A stretch of DNA of 64,000 bases from Afipia sp. (GCA_024508675.1 JANINQ010000001.1:435162-499161); one strand, 5' to 3'; counted from the stretch's first letter, positions 29,270 to 39,674 are shown. The notes: generated from the letters alone by a model not told the origin. Program-made: numbers and translations.

Positions 29270-29542
29270 ATGGCGATGCCTGCCGAGAAAGACAACGACG
29301 ATACCGCGCACAGCTTCGCCAAGGGGCAGCTCAAGGCCATCATCGAGCGGATCGAGAAGCTTGAGGAAGAAAAGAAGGCCATCAGCGACGACATCAAGGA
29401 TGTCTACGGAGAGGCCAAGGGCAACGGTTTCGATGTGAAGGCGCTGCGCACCATCATCCGCATGCGCAAGCAGGACGCCGACGAGCGCCAAGAGCAGGAA
29501 ACCATCCTGGAAACCTACATGCAGGCGCTCGGAATGCTGTGA
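29270..29542 (+). CDS. gapR: GapR nucleoid-associated protein (DUF2312)
   Basis: [44 protein letters not shown]. Confidence 0.9.
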   Translation: MAMPAEKDNDDTAHSFAKGQLKAIIERIEKLEEEKKAISDDIKDVYGEAKGNGFDVKALRTIIRMRKQDADERQEQETILETYMQALGML

Positions 29543-29565
29543 GGCAATCAGCCTTATATTCCATT

Positions 29566-29649
29566 ATCATGCGCGGGCTTGACCCGCGCATCCATCAAAG
29601 AATTCTTCAGCGAAGAGATGGATTGCCGGGTCAAGCCCGGCAATGACGG
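29566..29649. repeat. REP/RPE-like palindromic element
   Basis: TCATGCGCGGGCTTGACCCGCGCATCCATC...GATGGATTGCCGGGTCAAGCCCGGCAATGAC. Confidence 0.88.
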
Positions 29650-29650
29650 C

Positions 29651-31297
29651 TTATCGCAGCGAAGCGGTGCGCATCGCAAATGCGGTGGTCGACAGCGTCG
29701 CGGTCGCGGGGCCGGTAAACTTCTCGCAGACGATGCCCATCTGCGGATCGTTCGAGAACGTCATCGCCACCGCCGTGTTCGGCTTGACGAAATGCGTGCG
29801 CAGCACGGTCATGTCCTGATCACCGAGGGTCGATGTCGAGAGCGACCTGCTGACATTCGGCGCCAGGATCATGGCGCGCAGCCAGAGATCGTTCATCGAC
29901 GCCTGCTTGATCCGGCGCGAGGTTGTGATCGCGCCCTGCGCGGTCTTGCCGATGGCCGTATCGGGCGTGGTGACGTCGGCGCCGGACATCGGATTCGGCG
30001 CAAGCGCTGCGACACGCGGGCTGCGCGGGATCGGCGCGCTGGCAGCGACGACCTTGGCGCGGTCGAGCGGCGCTTCGGCGGGCGCATAGGCCAATGCCTG
30101 CGAGATGTTCTGCGGCAGGCTGGCGGTGGATTGCGGATCGGCGGCGACGACGGCGCCGCGCGCCTTGAGTGCAGCGATCTGGGCCTGCTGCGCAGCGGGC
30201 TTCGGCGCCGGTTCGTTATCCCAGAAGCCGCGGGCGTTGATGATGTCGATCGGCGACTGAGGCGCGTATTCGTCGGCGGGCATCGGCCTGAGCGCGACCT
30301 GCTGTGGCTTCGGCGCCGGGACGGCCTTGGGCTCGGCAGATGCGACCTGATACGCCGTCGCGCCCGCTGGCTTGGCGCGCGGGAGCGGCACGCGCTCGAG
30401 AACCTTTTCGGCGGCGTTGACGGTGGCCTGCGCGGCATCCTTGGCCTTGTCCGCGGCGGCCATCGCCACCTGCGTGACCTTGCCGCCGCGAGCGGCATCG
30501 TCGTTGCCGACCTCTTCCTCGTCGTCCGCCGTCTTGCGGCCGAACAGCGAGGCCAGGAAGCTCTTCGATTTCGACGGCGCGGCGACGTCTTCGCCATTGC
30601 CGCGGCGCTGAATGTCGGCGAGCGCAAGTTCGTAATTCTTCAGCGGCTTGCCGTCGGACGGCACGTGCACGGTGCGCCCGTCGGGGAACACGCGCGCAAG
30701 CTGATCATGAGTCATGCGCGGCCAGTGCCGGATGCTGCCGACGTCGAGATGCACGAACGGCGAGCCGGAGGTGGGGTAGAAGCCGACGCCGCCGCGCTGC
30801 AGGCGAAGACCGGCGAAGCGGATCTGTTCGAGCGGCACGCCGGGGATGAAGAAATCCATCGCGTGGCCCTGCATGTGCTGGCTGTGACGCGCAACGCCCG
30901 AGGAGCGGCGGCGGAGCATGGCGTTGGTGGCGGGCGAGCGATAGGCGGAAATGATCTTGATCGGCTGCTTGCCGTCGACGTCGCGGTAAACCTCCCAGAC
31001 GATGTCGAACAGGCGCCGGTCCATGGTGGTCTGGTCCTGGCTGCGCCAGTCGCGGAGGAAGTAATTGAGTTTTTTCAGTGCAGCTTCGTCATAGCGGCCG
31101 TTGCGCTTGAACGTGACGGTGAGATCTTCGCCGGAATGGGTGTGATAGAAGGAGAGGGTGCGGGTGTCGCCGTCGGCGGTGGCGTTATGCACCGAGCGGG
31201 CGTTGGTTGCGATCAACAGCAGCGAGGCGAGGCTGACCCGCACAGAGGTGCGCGAGAGCCAATCAAAACCAATGCCGCGTGGAAAACCGCCCGCCAC
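29651..31297 (-). CDS. DUF882/YcbK (MepK-like) peptidase M15 with long Pro/Ala-rich C-terminus
   Basis: LSFYHTHSGE, ISAYRSPATN, SQHMQGHAMD, FVHLDVG Zn ligands. Confidence 0.9.
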   Translation of the reverse strand: MAGGFPRGIGFDWLSRTSVRVSLASLLLIATNARSVHNATADGDTRTLSFYHTHSGEDLTVTFKRNGRYDEAALKKLNYFLRDWRSQDQTTMDRRLFDIVWEVYRDVDGKQPIKIISAYRSPATNAMLRRRSSGVARHSQHMQGHAMDFFIPGVPLEQIRFAGLRLQRGGVGFYPTSGSPFVHLDVGSIRHWPRMTHDQLARVFPDGRTVHVPSDGKPLKNYELALADIQRRGNGEDVAAPSKSKSFLASLFGRKTADDEEEVGNDDAARGGKVTQVAMAAADKAKDAAQATVNAAEKVLERVPLPRAKPAGATAYQVASAEPKAVPAPKPQQVALRPMPADEYAPQSPIDIINARGFWDNEPAPKPAAQQAQIAALKARGAVVAADPQSTASLPQNISQALAYAPAEAPLDRAKVVAASAPIPRSPRVAALAPNPMSGADVTTPDTAIGKTAQGAITTSRRIKQASMNDLWLRAMILAPNVSRSLSTSTLGDQDMTVLRTHFVKPNTAVAMTFSNDPQMGIVCEKFTGPATATLSTTAFAMRTASLR

Positions 31298-31384
31298 TCA
31301 GAATCCCGTCAGCCGTGTGTCTCTTGGTGATCCCCCGCTACCCCACGCAACGGGAGAGGATGAACGTAGTCTTAAGGCACGGGG

Positions 31385-31400
31385 GTTAAGCGATATTTAC
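31385..31400. promoter_or_regulatory. CtrA-like box
   Basis: GTTAA-N7-TTAC, about 90 bp upstream of the DUF882 gene. Confidence 0.45.
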
Positions 31401-31657
31401 CAATCCCCGCGCCGTGTTTGTGAGTGTTCCCAAGTCTTTACCAGTCTGAAGTCTAGCAGTCCGAGCCCGGCCCGAGTCTATCGCAAAGTCTGTCACAGGC
31501 TCGTGAAGGGTGAAGTATGCCCCCCGGAGTATGGCAAAAAAGGGCCGGTGGGCAGACCCAAGGGGAAATGCTTTGGGGAGAATGGTTAACGAAAAAGGCC
31601 CCGCCACCGGCGGAGCCCTTTGAATCGTAAAAATTCGAGTTCTTTGAAAGATTTAAC

Positions 31658-33757
31658 CTAGCGGACCACCCGGCGCTGGCCACGGACCGGGGCCGGCGGC
31701 GGGGTCGGCGCTCCGAACAGCCGTTCGAAGAAGCTCGGGCCCGAGTTGCTGGCGAAGCTGTCGCCGGGCACCCGCACATTGGTCGGGCGGACATAGTTCG
31801 GCTGGGCGTGCGAGACGGCCATTTCCATGTCGCGGCCTTCGCCGCCCTTCAGCATCGAGATCACCTTGGCGTCGCGGCCGTAGATGTCCTTGCGGAATTC
31901 GAGCTTGCCGGCGCTGTCCACGAACGCGGTCTGATAGGTGATGTTGACCGGGATCGGGGTCGGGAAGTTGATGTTGATCTCGTTGCGGCCATACATCGCC
32001 TTGATCTTCTCGGGCGTGTAGCCCTCCTTCGGCATGGCGATGCTGAGCAGGTTCGCCGCGTACTGGTCGGGATTCTGCACGCGCATGCAGCCGTGGCTGA
32101 AGGCGCGCTCTTCCTTGGCGAACAGGTGCTTGTCCGGCGTGTCGTGCTGATAGACCAGGAACTTGTTCGGGAAGTTAAAACGGATGCGGCCGAGCGCGTT
32201 GGCTTCGCCCGGAGGCTGCGAGATGCGGACGCTGCCGTCTGGCGCGCGCGCGAGCTTCAGGCCCATGCGGTCGAGCACGGTCGGGTCCTGCTGCAGCGCC
32301 GGCAGATATTCGTTGTAGATGATCGAGGGCGGCACGTTCCAGGTCGGATTGACCGTGATGAACTTCATCGTCTCCGTCAGCTCCGGCGTGGCGTGCTTGC
32401 CCGGCTTGCCGACCACGACGCGCGTGGTCCAGACCTGCTTCTCGCCCTGCATCAGCTTGAGCGTGTAGTCTGGAATATTGAGGATCACATAGGCATCGCC
32501 GAGCGCCTTGGCGCCGAGTTCGCGCGGCAGCCAGCGCCAGCGCTCCATGTTGGCGCGGACGATGTCGATCTTGCGGTCGTTCTTCGGTCCGTTGAGTGCG
32601 CGCACGGTGGCGTTGTCGAGCACGCCGGTCGCCTTCAGATCGTTGAGCGACTGGAATTTGCGGACCGCCTCGGCAACCGCGGCATCGTACTGCCTGCTGT
32701 CCGCGTTTTCCGCGACATGAAGCTTTGCACGTAGTGCAGGCACGCGCTCGTCTTCTACCGCCGCCGGGTTCGGGTTCTTCTTCGTCGGCTTGGTGAATTT
32801 CAGCGCGTCGCCTTCGGCGATGTGCTTGGAGGTATCTTCGGTGATGCCGCGCAGTTCGGCGAGCTTTGCCTTCAGGCCCTTGTAGCCCTTGTGCGAAGGA
32901 TTGTAGCCCTCAAGTGCCGCGGATGCGTCACGCGCAGTGGAGACGTTGACCAGCACGTCGACCGGATCGACCGGATGTTCTGGATAGGAAATGTCCGCGC
33001 TGACGCGCGACCAGTGCATACGGCCGCTCTGCGCATGGCGTGCATAGTCGAGCATGCTTTCGGTGAGGCGCAGTTCGGCTTCGGCCTGTGCGTCGGGTGA
33101 AGTCGCTGCTGCGAAATCCGGTGTCGGGTAATCGGCGGGATTGAGGCCCTCGCTGCCCGCATCCTTGAGACGCGCGATCACGCTCTTGGCGCGCGCGGTT
33201 GCGGCGCCGCCTTCGCTCCAGAGCGGCGCGTAGTTGCGGTCCTTGTAGAAGTTCTCGACGGCGGTGCGCTCGTTCTTGCGGTCGAAATAGCGCGCACCTT
33301 TGGTGGCGATCAGATCGCGCAGCTTGTCGGCAACCGGCTGATCGGCAGCAGCAACGGCGGGAGCGGCCTTCGCAGGGTCGGTCTTCGCAGGTTCAGCGGC
33401 TGCCGCGGCGGGAGCCGGTGCTGCCGTCGGCGCGGTTGCAGCCGGAGGGACCGTTGCGGTGGTAGCCGGAGCAGCGGCTTCGTCCTTTTTCGCCGGTGCA
33501 ACTGCGGGGGCCGCGGCCGCGGCGGTGCCAGGCTTCACCGGGTCGGGCTTGAAGTCGTTGACCGTCGGAGGCGGGACGTTGGCGGGTTCGGGAAGAGGGA
33601 CTGCGGCATCGATCGCAAGGTCGGCGGGGTTCTTCGATGGACCGGATTGCGCATGGGCGCTGGTCGCGGCGACGGAAAGGAATGTGGCGGCAACGGCCAT
33701 CAAAATCCGGTCGAAGCCCTGCGGGCTCTTGCGGCGGCCGGTCGAAAAGTCACGCAT
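31658..33757 (-). CDS. L,D-transpeptidase (YcbB/LdtD-like) with peptidoglycan-binding domain
   Basis: NMERWRWLP, NIPDY, NPTWNVP, NALGRIRF, HDTP, SHGCMRV. Confidence 0.95.
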   Translation of the reverse strand: MRDFSTGRRKSPQGFDRILMAVAATFLSVAATSAHAQSGPSKNPADLAIDAAVPLPEPANVPPPTVNDFKPDPVKPGTAAAAAPAVAPAKKDEAAAPATTATVPPAATAPTAAPAPAAAAAEPAKTDPAKAAPAVAAADQPVADKLRDLIATKGARYFDRKNERTAVENFYKDRNYAPLWSEGGAATARAKSVIARLKDAGSEGLNPADYPTPDFAAATSPDAQAEAELRLTESMLDYARHAQSGRMHWSRVSADISYPEHPVDPVDVLVNVSTARDASAALEGYNPSHKGYKGLKAKLAELRGITEDTSKHIAEGDALKFTKPTKKNPNPAAVEDERVPALRAKLHVAENADSRQYDAAVAEAVRKFQSLNDLKATGVLDNATVRALNGPKNDRKIDIVRANMERWRWLPRELGAKALGDAYVILNIPDYTLKLMQGEKQVWTTRVVVGKPGKHATPELTETMKFITVNPTWNVPPSIIYNEYLPALQQDPTVLDRMGLKLARAPDGSVRISQPPGEANALGRIRFNFPNKFLVYQHDTPDKHLFAKEERAFSHGCMRVQNPDQYAANLLSIAMPKEGYTPEKIKAMYGRNEININFPTPIPVNITYQTAFVDSAGKLEFRKDIYGRDAKVISMLKGGEGRDMEMAVSHAQPNYVRPTNVRVPGDSFASNSGPSFFERLFGAPTPPPAPVRGQRRVVR

Positions 33758-34104
33758 TCTCGCACCCCAATTTCACACCCGTGTCGGGCGGTGCTGCCCC
33801 GGCATGGAACAGCTCATGATGGTTTCCGTCATCGCCCGACAAAGCGCCGGCCTGATCGGATTTTGCTTACGCAATCTCGCATTCAAAACGCTGCGAAACG
33901 CTACACGCACGAGCCGGATGCGGCCAGCCGCCGCCAATCAACTCGAAGTCATCGCGTTCGAAGTGACTTCAATTCAACATTTCTTGCAACGGCTTGCGCG
34001 CATTGCCGCGTGCTTTTCCTCTGTCTGTCACCGGACCGCAACGGTTCAGGGAGAAAAGCGAAAAAGCCGTGCATTCGTTCCATGCGAGCGCATGATTCGT
34101 GCTC

Positions 34105-35619
34105 TTAGCGTACGGGGCCGTCGGGTTCCGGTTCAGAGGCGGCGGCTTCGTCCAGTTTCCGGTAGAGCGTCGAACGGCCGATCTTCAGCCGGCGTGCCAC
34201 TTCGGACATCTGGCCCCGATAATGGGTGATGGCGAAACGGATGATTTCCGCTTCCATCTCCTCAAGCGTGCGCATTTCGCCGTTATCGCCGACCATGGCC
34301 AGCGCGCCGTAGGCGGACATGGGGGCAGCCAGCGGTGCTGCCGGTGCAATTGGTATTTCAATACCTGAAATTGTATCGGCCGGAGATGATGGCGGGCTGT
34401 CGAGGACGACCGGTTCCCCGATGCCTTCCGCGGCTGATGCCGCAAGGGCGCCTTGCGGAAAATCGTCCGGGCCGAGCTGGCCGCCGTCGCTCATGACCAC
34501 CGCGCGATAGACGGCATTCTCGAGCTGCCGGACATTGCCCGGCCAGGGCAGTTGTCCAAGCAGCGCCATGGCCTCGCCGCTGACGGCGGTGACCGGGCGA
34601 TTTTCCTCGGCGGCGATGCGGGCCATGAAATGGCGGACCAGATGCGGGATGTCCTCGCGCCGCGCGCGCAGCGGCGGGATGGTCAGCGGCAGCACATGCA
34701 GCCGGTAGAACAGGTCCTCGCGGAAAGCGCCCGCCTTCACCTGATTGAGCAGGTTGCGATTGGTCGCGGACACGATCCGCACATCGACCTTCACGGGCTT
34801 GCGGCCGCCGACGGCTTCGACCTCGCCCTGCTGCAGGGCGCGGAGCAGCTTCACCTGTGCTGCGAGCGGCAATTCACTGATCTCATCGAGAAACAGCGTG
34901 CCGCCATTGGCCTCAAGGAACTTGCCCGCGTGGCGCTCGGTGGCGCCGGTGAACGCGCCCTTCTCGTGACCGAACAGGATCGATTCCACCAGATTGTCCG
35001 GGATCGCGCCGCAGTTGACGGTGACGAACGGTCTGGCACTGCGCTCGCTTGAGCCGTGAATGGCGCGCGCAATCAGTTCCTTGCCGACGCCGGATTCGCC
35101 TTCGATAAGCACCGGGATGGTGGAGCCGGCAGCTTTCTTGCCCATCGCAATGACGTGATTCATCGTCTCCGAGCGGGTGACGATGTCGGTGAACGTGAGC
35201 TTGCCTTCGCGGCGATGGCGGATGCGCTGCAACTCGCCTTTCAGGGCGCTGGTATTGAGCGCATTGCGCAATGAGACCTGAAGCCGCTCGATCCCGACTG
35301 GCTTAACCACGAAATCCTGCGCGCCGGCGCGCATCGCGGAGACCACATTGTCGATGCCGCCATGGGCGGTCTGCACGATCACCGGAACATCAAGGCCGGC
35401 ATCGCGGATCTTGGCCAGCACGCCCATACCGTCGAGACCCGGCATCACGAGATCCAGCACCAGCGCGTCGATGGCGGGCGCATCGGGGTCCGTCAGGTGC
35501 GCGATGACGGCATCGCCGCTGTCGACCGTCACGGCGGCGTAACCACAGCGTTGCACCATGTTCTCGACGAGGCGGCGCTGTACGGCGTCGTCATCGGCAA
35601 TCAGAATGGTCGCAACCAT
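34105..35619 (-). CDS. tacA: Sigma54-dependent response regulator, TacA-like (REC-AAA+-HTH)
   Basis: REC domain, GESGVGKE, GAFTGA, LFLDEI, FREDLFYRL, Fis HTH; resembles recalled Caulobacter TacA; between pepF and ldt; CtrA box upstream. Confidence 0.85.
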   Translation of the reverse strand: MVATILIADDDAVQRRLVENMVQRCGYAAVTVDSGDAVIAHLTDPDAPAIDALVLDLVMPGLDGMGVLAKIRDAGLDVPVIVQTAHGGIDNVVSAMRAGAQDFVVKPVGIERLQVSLRNALNTSALKGELQRIRHRREGKLTFTDIVTRSETMNHVIAMGKKAAGSTIPVLIEGESGVGKELIARAIHGSSERSARPFVTVNCGAIPDNLVESILFGHEKGAFTGATERHAGKFLEANGGTLFLDEISELPLAAQVKLLRALQQGEVEAVGGRKPVKVDVRIVSATNRNLLNQVKAGAFREDLFYRLHVLPLTIPPLRARREDIPHLVRHFMARIAAEENRPVTAVSGEAMALLGQLPWPGNVRQLENAVYRAVVMSDGGQLGPDDFPQGALAASAAEGIGEPVVLDSPPSSPADTISGIEIPIAPAAPLAAPMSAYGALAMVGDNGEMRTLEEMEAEIIRFAITHYRGQMSEVARRLKIGRSTLYRKLDEAAASEPEPDGPVR

Positions 35620-35687
35620 GGCATTCCCCGCAACTCTGGACTATCTCAACAACATGTCTCGAATCGGGGCACTCTGGCCGACGCAGA

Positions 35688-35702
35688 TTAACGACCTCTT
35701 AA
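35688..35702. promoter_or_regulatory. CtrA binding site
   Basis: Perfect TTAA-CGACCTC-TTAA, 69 bp upstream of the tacA start; GANTC at 35661. Confidence 0.75.
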
Positions 35703-35936
35703 GAGTTGGCTTTGTCCGGCCAATGGAGTGGATTTGACATTCGCGCCTCACTTGCAGGGAATTCGCAACGCGAATGTCAAATCCAAACTCCATTGGAAGT
35801 TTATAGTTGCCAGTGGTCCTTTGATTCTAACATTCGCAAAAGATCGCTGTTGAAGCGGGTTACGAATGTTAGAATCGGACCACTGGGCTGCAATCGTCAC
35901 GCGTCTCGCACGATCTTGAACCTCACGGATTGAAAT

Positions 35937-37805
35937 ATGGCTTCGCGCTCCTCGGCTCTCCGCAAATCCCCGGCAAAATCCAAATCAGCAGCCAAGGCGA
36001 AGGCGCCTGCCAAAAAGGCAGCGCGGAAGACCGGCAAGCTGCCGGAATGGAATCTGGCCGATCTCTATCCGGCGATCGATGCGCCGGAGGTGACGCGCGA
36101 CCTCGACAAGCTCGATGCCGACTGTGTGGCCTTCGAGAGCGCCTACAAGGGCAAGATCGCCGAGCGCGTGGCTCAGCCTGACGGCGGCGAATGGCTGGCG
36201 GAAGCGATCCGCAGCTATGAATCGATCGACGATCTGGCCACGCGGCTGGCGTCTTTCGCGCAGCTCGCGCATGCCGGTAATACCGTCGATGCCGCGATCT
36301 CGAAGTTCTATGGCGATGTGTCCGAGCGCATTACCGCAGCGTCGACCCATCTTCTGTTCTTCGCGCTTGAACTCAACCGCGTCGATGACGGCGTGATCGA
36401 ACGCGCGATGGCGGTGCCGTCGCTCGGCCACTACCGTCCGTGGATCGAGGATCTGCGCAAGGACAAGCCGTATCAGCTCGAGGATCGCGTCGAGCAGTTG
36501 TTTCATGAAAAATCGCAGACCGCCTACGGCGCCTGGAACCGGCAGTTCGATCAGACCATCGCGGCGCTGCGTTTCAAGGTCGGGGGCAAGGAACTCGCCA
36601 TCGAGCCGACGCTGACCCTGCTGCAGGACCGCGCGCCGGACAAGCGCAAGGCGGCGGCGCAGGCGCTGGCGAAAACCTTCAAGGCCAATGAGCGCACCTT
36701 CGCGCTGATCACCAACACGCTGGCCAAGGACAAGGAAATCTCCGATCGCTGGCGCGGCTTCCAGGACATCGCCGACTCGCGGCATCTGAACAACCGCGTC
36801 GAGCGCGAAGTGGTCGATGCACTGGTGGCGTCGGTGCGTGCGGCCTACCCGCGGCTGTCGCATCGCTATTACAAAATGAAGGCGCGCTGGTTCAAAAAGA
36901 AATCGCTGCCGTTCTGGGACCGCAACGCGCCGCTGCCGTTCGCGGCCAAGAGTCAGATCGAATGGGGCGACGCCCGGAGCACGATCCTGAAAGCCTATGG
37001 CGACTTCTCGCCGCAGATGGCGAGCATCGCCGAGCGTTTCTTCACCGACCGCTGGATCGATGCACCGGTGCGTCCGGGCAAGGCGCCGGGCGCATTCTCG
37101 CATCCGACCACGCCGTCGGCGCATCCCTATGTGCTGATGAACTATCAGGGCAAGCCGCGCGACGTCATGACGCTCGCCCACGAACTCGGCCATGGCGTGC
37201 ATCAGGTGCTCGCGGCGAAGCAGGGCGCACTGATGGCGCCAACCCCGCTGACGCTTGCGGAAACCGCCAGCGTGTTCGGCGAGATGCTGACCTTCAAGCG
37301 CCTGCTGGCGCAGACCAGGAACGCGAAGGAGCGTCAGGCGCTGCTCGCGGGCAAGGTCGAGGACATGATCAACACGGTGGTGCGCCAGATCGCGTTCTAT
37401 TCGTTCGAGCGTGCGGTCCATACCGAGCGGCGCAATGGCGAGTTGACCGCGCAGCGCATCGGCGAAATCTGGCTCAGCGTTCAGAGCGAAAGCCTCGGAC
37501 CTGCGATCGAGATCAAGCCGGGCTATGAGACATACTGGATGTATATCCCGCACTTCATCCACTCGCCGTTCTACGTCTATGCCTACGCATTCGGCGATTG
37601 CCTCGTGAATTCGCTGTATGCGGTCTACGAGAACGCGTCCGAGGGATTTGCCGAGCGCTATCTCGCCATGCTCTCTGCCGGAGGCACGAAACATTATTCC
37701 GAACTGCTCAGGCCGTTCGGACTGGATGCGAAAGATCCGGCATTCTGGGATGGTGGGTTGTCGGTGATCGAGAACCTGATCGCCGAATTGGAAGCGATGG
37801 GGTAG
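35937..37805 (+). CDS. pepF: M3 family oligoendopeptidase F
   Basis: PEWNLADLY, GKAPGAF, TLAHELGHGVH (HExxH), LAETAS, PHFIHSPFYVYAY. Confidence 0.95.
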   Translation: MASRSSALRKSPAKSKSAAKAKAPAKKAARKTGKLPEWNLADLYPAIDAPEVTRDLDKLDADCVAFESAYKGKIAERVAQPDGGEWLAEAIRSYESIDDLATRLASFAQLAHAGNTVDAAISKFYGDVSERITAASTHLLFFALELNRVDDGVIERAMAVPSLGHYRPWIEDLRKDKPYQLEDRVEQLFHEKSQTAYGAWNRQFDQTIAALRFKVGGKELAIEPTLTLLQDRAPDKRKAAAQALAKTFKANERTFALITNTLAKDKEISDRWRGFQDIADSRHLNNRVEREVVDALVASVRAAYPRLSHRYYKMKARWFKKKSLPFWDRNAPLPFAAKSQIEWGDARSTILKAYGDFSPQMASIAERFFTDRWIDAPVRPGKAPGAFSHPTTPSAHPYVLMNYQGKPRDVMTLAHELGHGVHQVLAAKQGALMAPTPLTLAETASVFGEMLTFKRLLAQTRNAKERQALLAGKVEDMINTVVRQIAFYSFERAVHTERRNGELTAQRIGEIWLSVQSESLGPAIEIKPGYETYWMYIPHFIHSPFYVYAYAFGDCLVNSLYAVYENASEGFAERYLAMLSAGGTKHYSELLRPFGLDAKDPAFWDGGLSVIENLIAELEAMG

Positions 37806-37977
37806 GGCAGTTTTAAACGGCTGCCTAATTCCGCATCGCGGAAAACACTGTGCGAAACCATTGCATGACTTGCATGCCGGTGGTTTTAATCGGCGGTATC
37901 GGGGAGCCGCGACGTTGCCCTTGGCCCGCAATTGGGCTAATTCGCGCTACCTTTTTATATGGTGCTGGAGGGGATCA

Positions 37978-38130
37978 ATGGCTAGCCATAACGAAGTTGC
38001 GTACACCACTGCAGACGGCAATGACTATCCCGCGCACGAAGCCACCTATGAGGGCTTCCTCGCGCTGACGAAGTACGGCACCCTGGCCGTCATCGCCATC
38101 CTTGCCTTGATGGCGATTTTTCTCCTCTGA
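37978..38130 (+). CDS. aa3-type cytochrome c oxidase subunit IV-like small membrane protein
   Basis: DYPAHEATYEGFLALTKYG followed by one TM helix; GGAGG RBS. Confidence 0.85.
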   Translation: MASHNEVAYTTADGNDYPAHEATYEGFLALTKYGTLAVIAILALMAIFLL

Positions 38131-38201
38131 TCGAATTCGGTTGGACCGGCTGACCGGCTGGTGATTAAGTCATGCGCGGCCGAACGGCTGCGGGAGGCGT
38201 C

Positions 38202-39329
38202 ATGAAGATTGCGATTGCTAGGGAAGTGGATGGATCGGAGCCGCGTGTCGCGGCGACGCCGGACACGGTGAAGAAGTTCAAGTCACTGGGGATCGACGTT
38301 GCGGTCGAGCCGGGTGCAGGTATCAAGTCCGGCGTGCTGGATGCGGACTATGAAGCCGCGGGCGCTGTGGTCAGCGCCGATGCGGTGAAGGATGCCGACA
38401 TCGTCATCAAGGTGAAGCGCCCGGACGTTTCCGAAGTTGCCAAATACAGGAAGGGCGCGCTGGTCATCGCGATCATGGACCCTTATGGCAACGAAGCCGC
38501 GCTGAAGGCGCTGGCCGATGCCGGCGTTTCCGCGTTCGCCATGGAACTGATGCCGCGCATCACCCGCGCGCAGGTGATGGACGTGCTGTCCTCGCAGGCG
38601 AACCTCGCTGGCTATCGCGCCGTGGTTGAGGCTGCCGAAGCTTTCGGCCGCGCCTTCCCGATGATGATGACCGCGGCGGGCACCGTGCCCGCGGCGAAGG
38701 TCTTCGTGATGGGCGTTGGCGTTGCCGGTCTGCAGGCGATTGCCACTGCGCGCCGTCTCGGCGCGGTGGTGACCGCGACCGACGTGCGCCCGGCCACCAA
38801 GGAACAGGTCGAGTCGCTCGGCGCGAAATTCCTTGCCGTCGAGGACGAGGAGTTCAAGAACGCGCAGACCGCTGGCGGTTACGCCAAGGAAATGTCGAAA
38901 GAATATCAGGCCAAGCAGGCCGCACTTACGGCAGAGCACATCAAGAAGCAGGACATCGTCATCACCACGGCGCTGATCCCGGGCCGTCCCGCGCCGAAGC
39001 TGGTCTCGGCTGACATGGTCAGCTCGATGAAGCCGGGCTCGGTGCTGGTCGATCTTGCGGTCGAGCGCGGCGGTAACGTCGAGGGCGTCAAGAGCGGCGA
39101 GGTCGTCGAGGTCAATGGCGTCAAGATCGTCGGCTTCCCGAACCTTGCCGGCAAGGTCGCGGCCTCGGCTTCCAGCCTCTATGCGCGCAATCTGCTGTCG
39201 TTCATCGAAACGCTCTACGACAAGGCGGCCAAGTCGCTCGCCGTGAAGTGGGACGACGAACTGGTGAAGGCCACCGCGCTGACCAAGGACGGCGCTGTCA
39301 TCCATCCGAACTTCCAGCCGAAAGCATAA
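38202..39329 (+). CDS. pntA: NAD(P) transhydrogenase alpha subunit part 1 (dI)
   Basis: [47 protein letters not shown]. Confidence 0.97.
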   Translation: MKIAIAREVDGSEPRVAATPDTVKKFKSLGIDVAVEPGAGIKSGVLDADYEAAGAVVSADAVKDADIVIKVKRPDVSEVAKYRKGALVIAIMDPYGNEAALKALADAGVSAFAMELMPRITRAQVMDVLSSQANLAGYRAVVEAAEAFGRAFPMMMTAAGTVPAAKVFVMGVGVAGLQAIATARRLGAVVTATDVRPATKEQVESLGAKFLAVEDEEFKNAQTAGGYAKEMSKEYQAKQAALTAEHIKKQDIVITTALIPGRPAPKLVSADMVSSMKPGSVLVDLAVERGGNVEGVKSGEVVEVNGVKIVGFPNLAGKVAASASSLYARNLLSFIETLYDKAAKSLAVKWDDELVKATALTKDGAVIHPNFQPKA

Positions 39330-39340
39330 GGAGAGCCGAC

Positions 39341-39661
39341 ATGCATGGGATTGAGGCTGTCGACCCGTTTGTTTTCCGGTTGTCGATTTTCGTGCTCGCG
39401 GTGTTCGTGGGCTACTTCGTGGTGTGGTCGGTGACGCCCGCGCTGCATACGCCGCTGATGAGTGTGACCAACGCGATCTCGTCGGTGATCGTGGTTGGTG
39501 CGCTGCTGGCGACGGGCGTGGCACTCGCCACCAACGATCAGGGGCCGCTCTGGGCGCGCGCCTTCGGCTTCGTGGCGCTGATCTTCGCGTGCATCAACAT
39601 CTTTGGCGGTTTCCTTGTCACCCAGCGCATGCTGGCGATGTACAAGAAGAAGCAGAAGTGA
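39341..39661 (+). CDS. pntA: NAD(P) transhydrogenase alpha subunit part 2 (membrane)
   Basis: [31 protein letters not shown]. Confidence 0.96.
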   Translation: MHGIEAVDPFVFRLSIFVLAVFVGYFVVWSVTPALHTPLMSVTNAISSVIVVGALLATGVALATNDQGPLWARAFGFVALIFACINIFGGFLVTQRMLAMYKKKQK

Positions 39662-39674
39662 CGGGGCGGGGCAT

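Noticed and set aside
33806-33832. EcfG-like GGAAC-N16-CGTC on the plus strand
   Set aside because: Points away from the ldt gene and no credible plus-strand gene follows
35985-37931. Long opposite-strand ORFs over pepF (likewise over ggt, pyk, DUF882, tolC and ALDH)
   Set aside because: Arg/Ala-rich shadow frames with no recognisable domains
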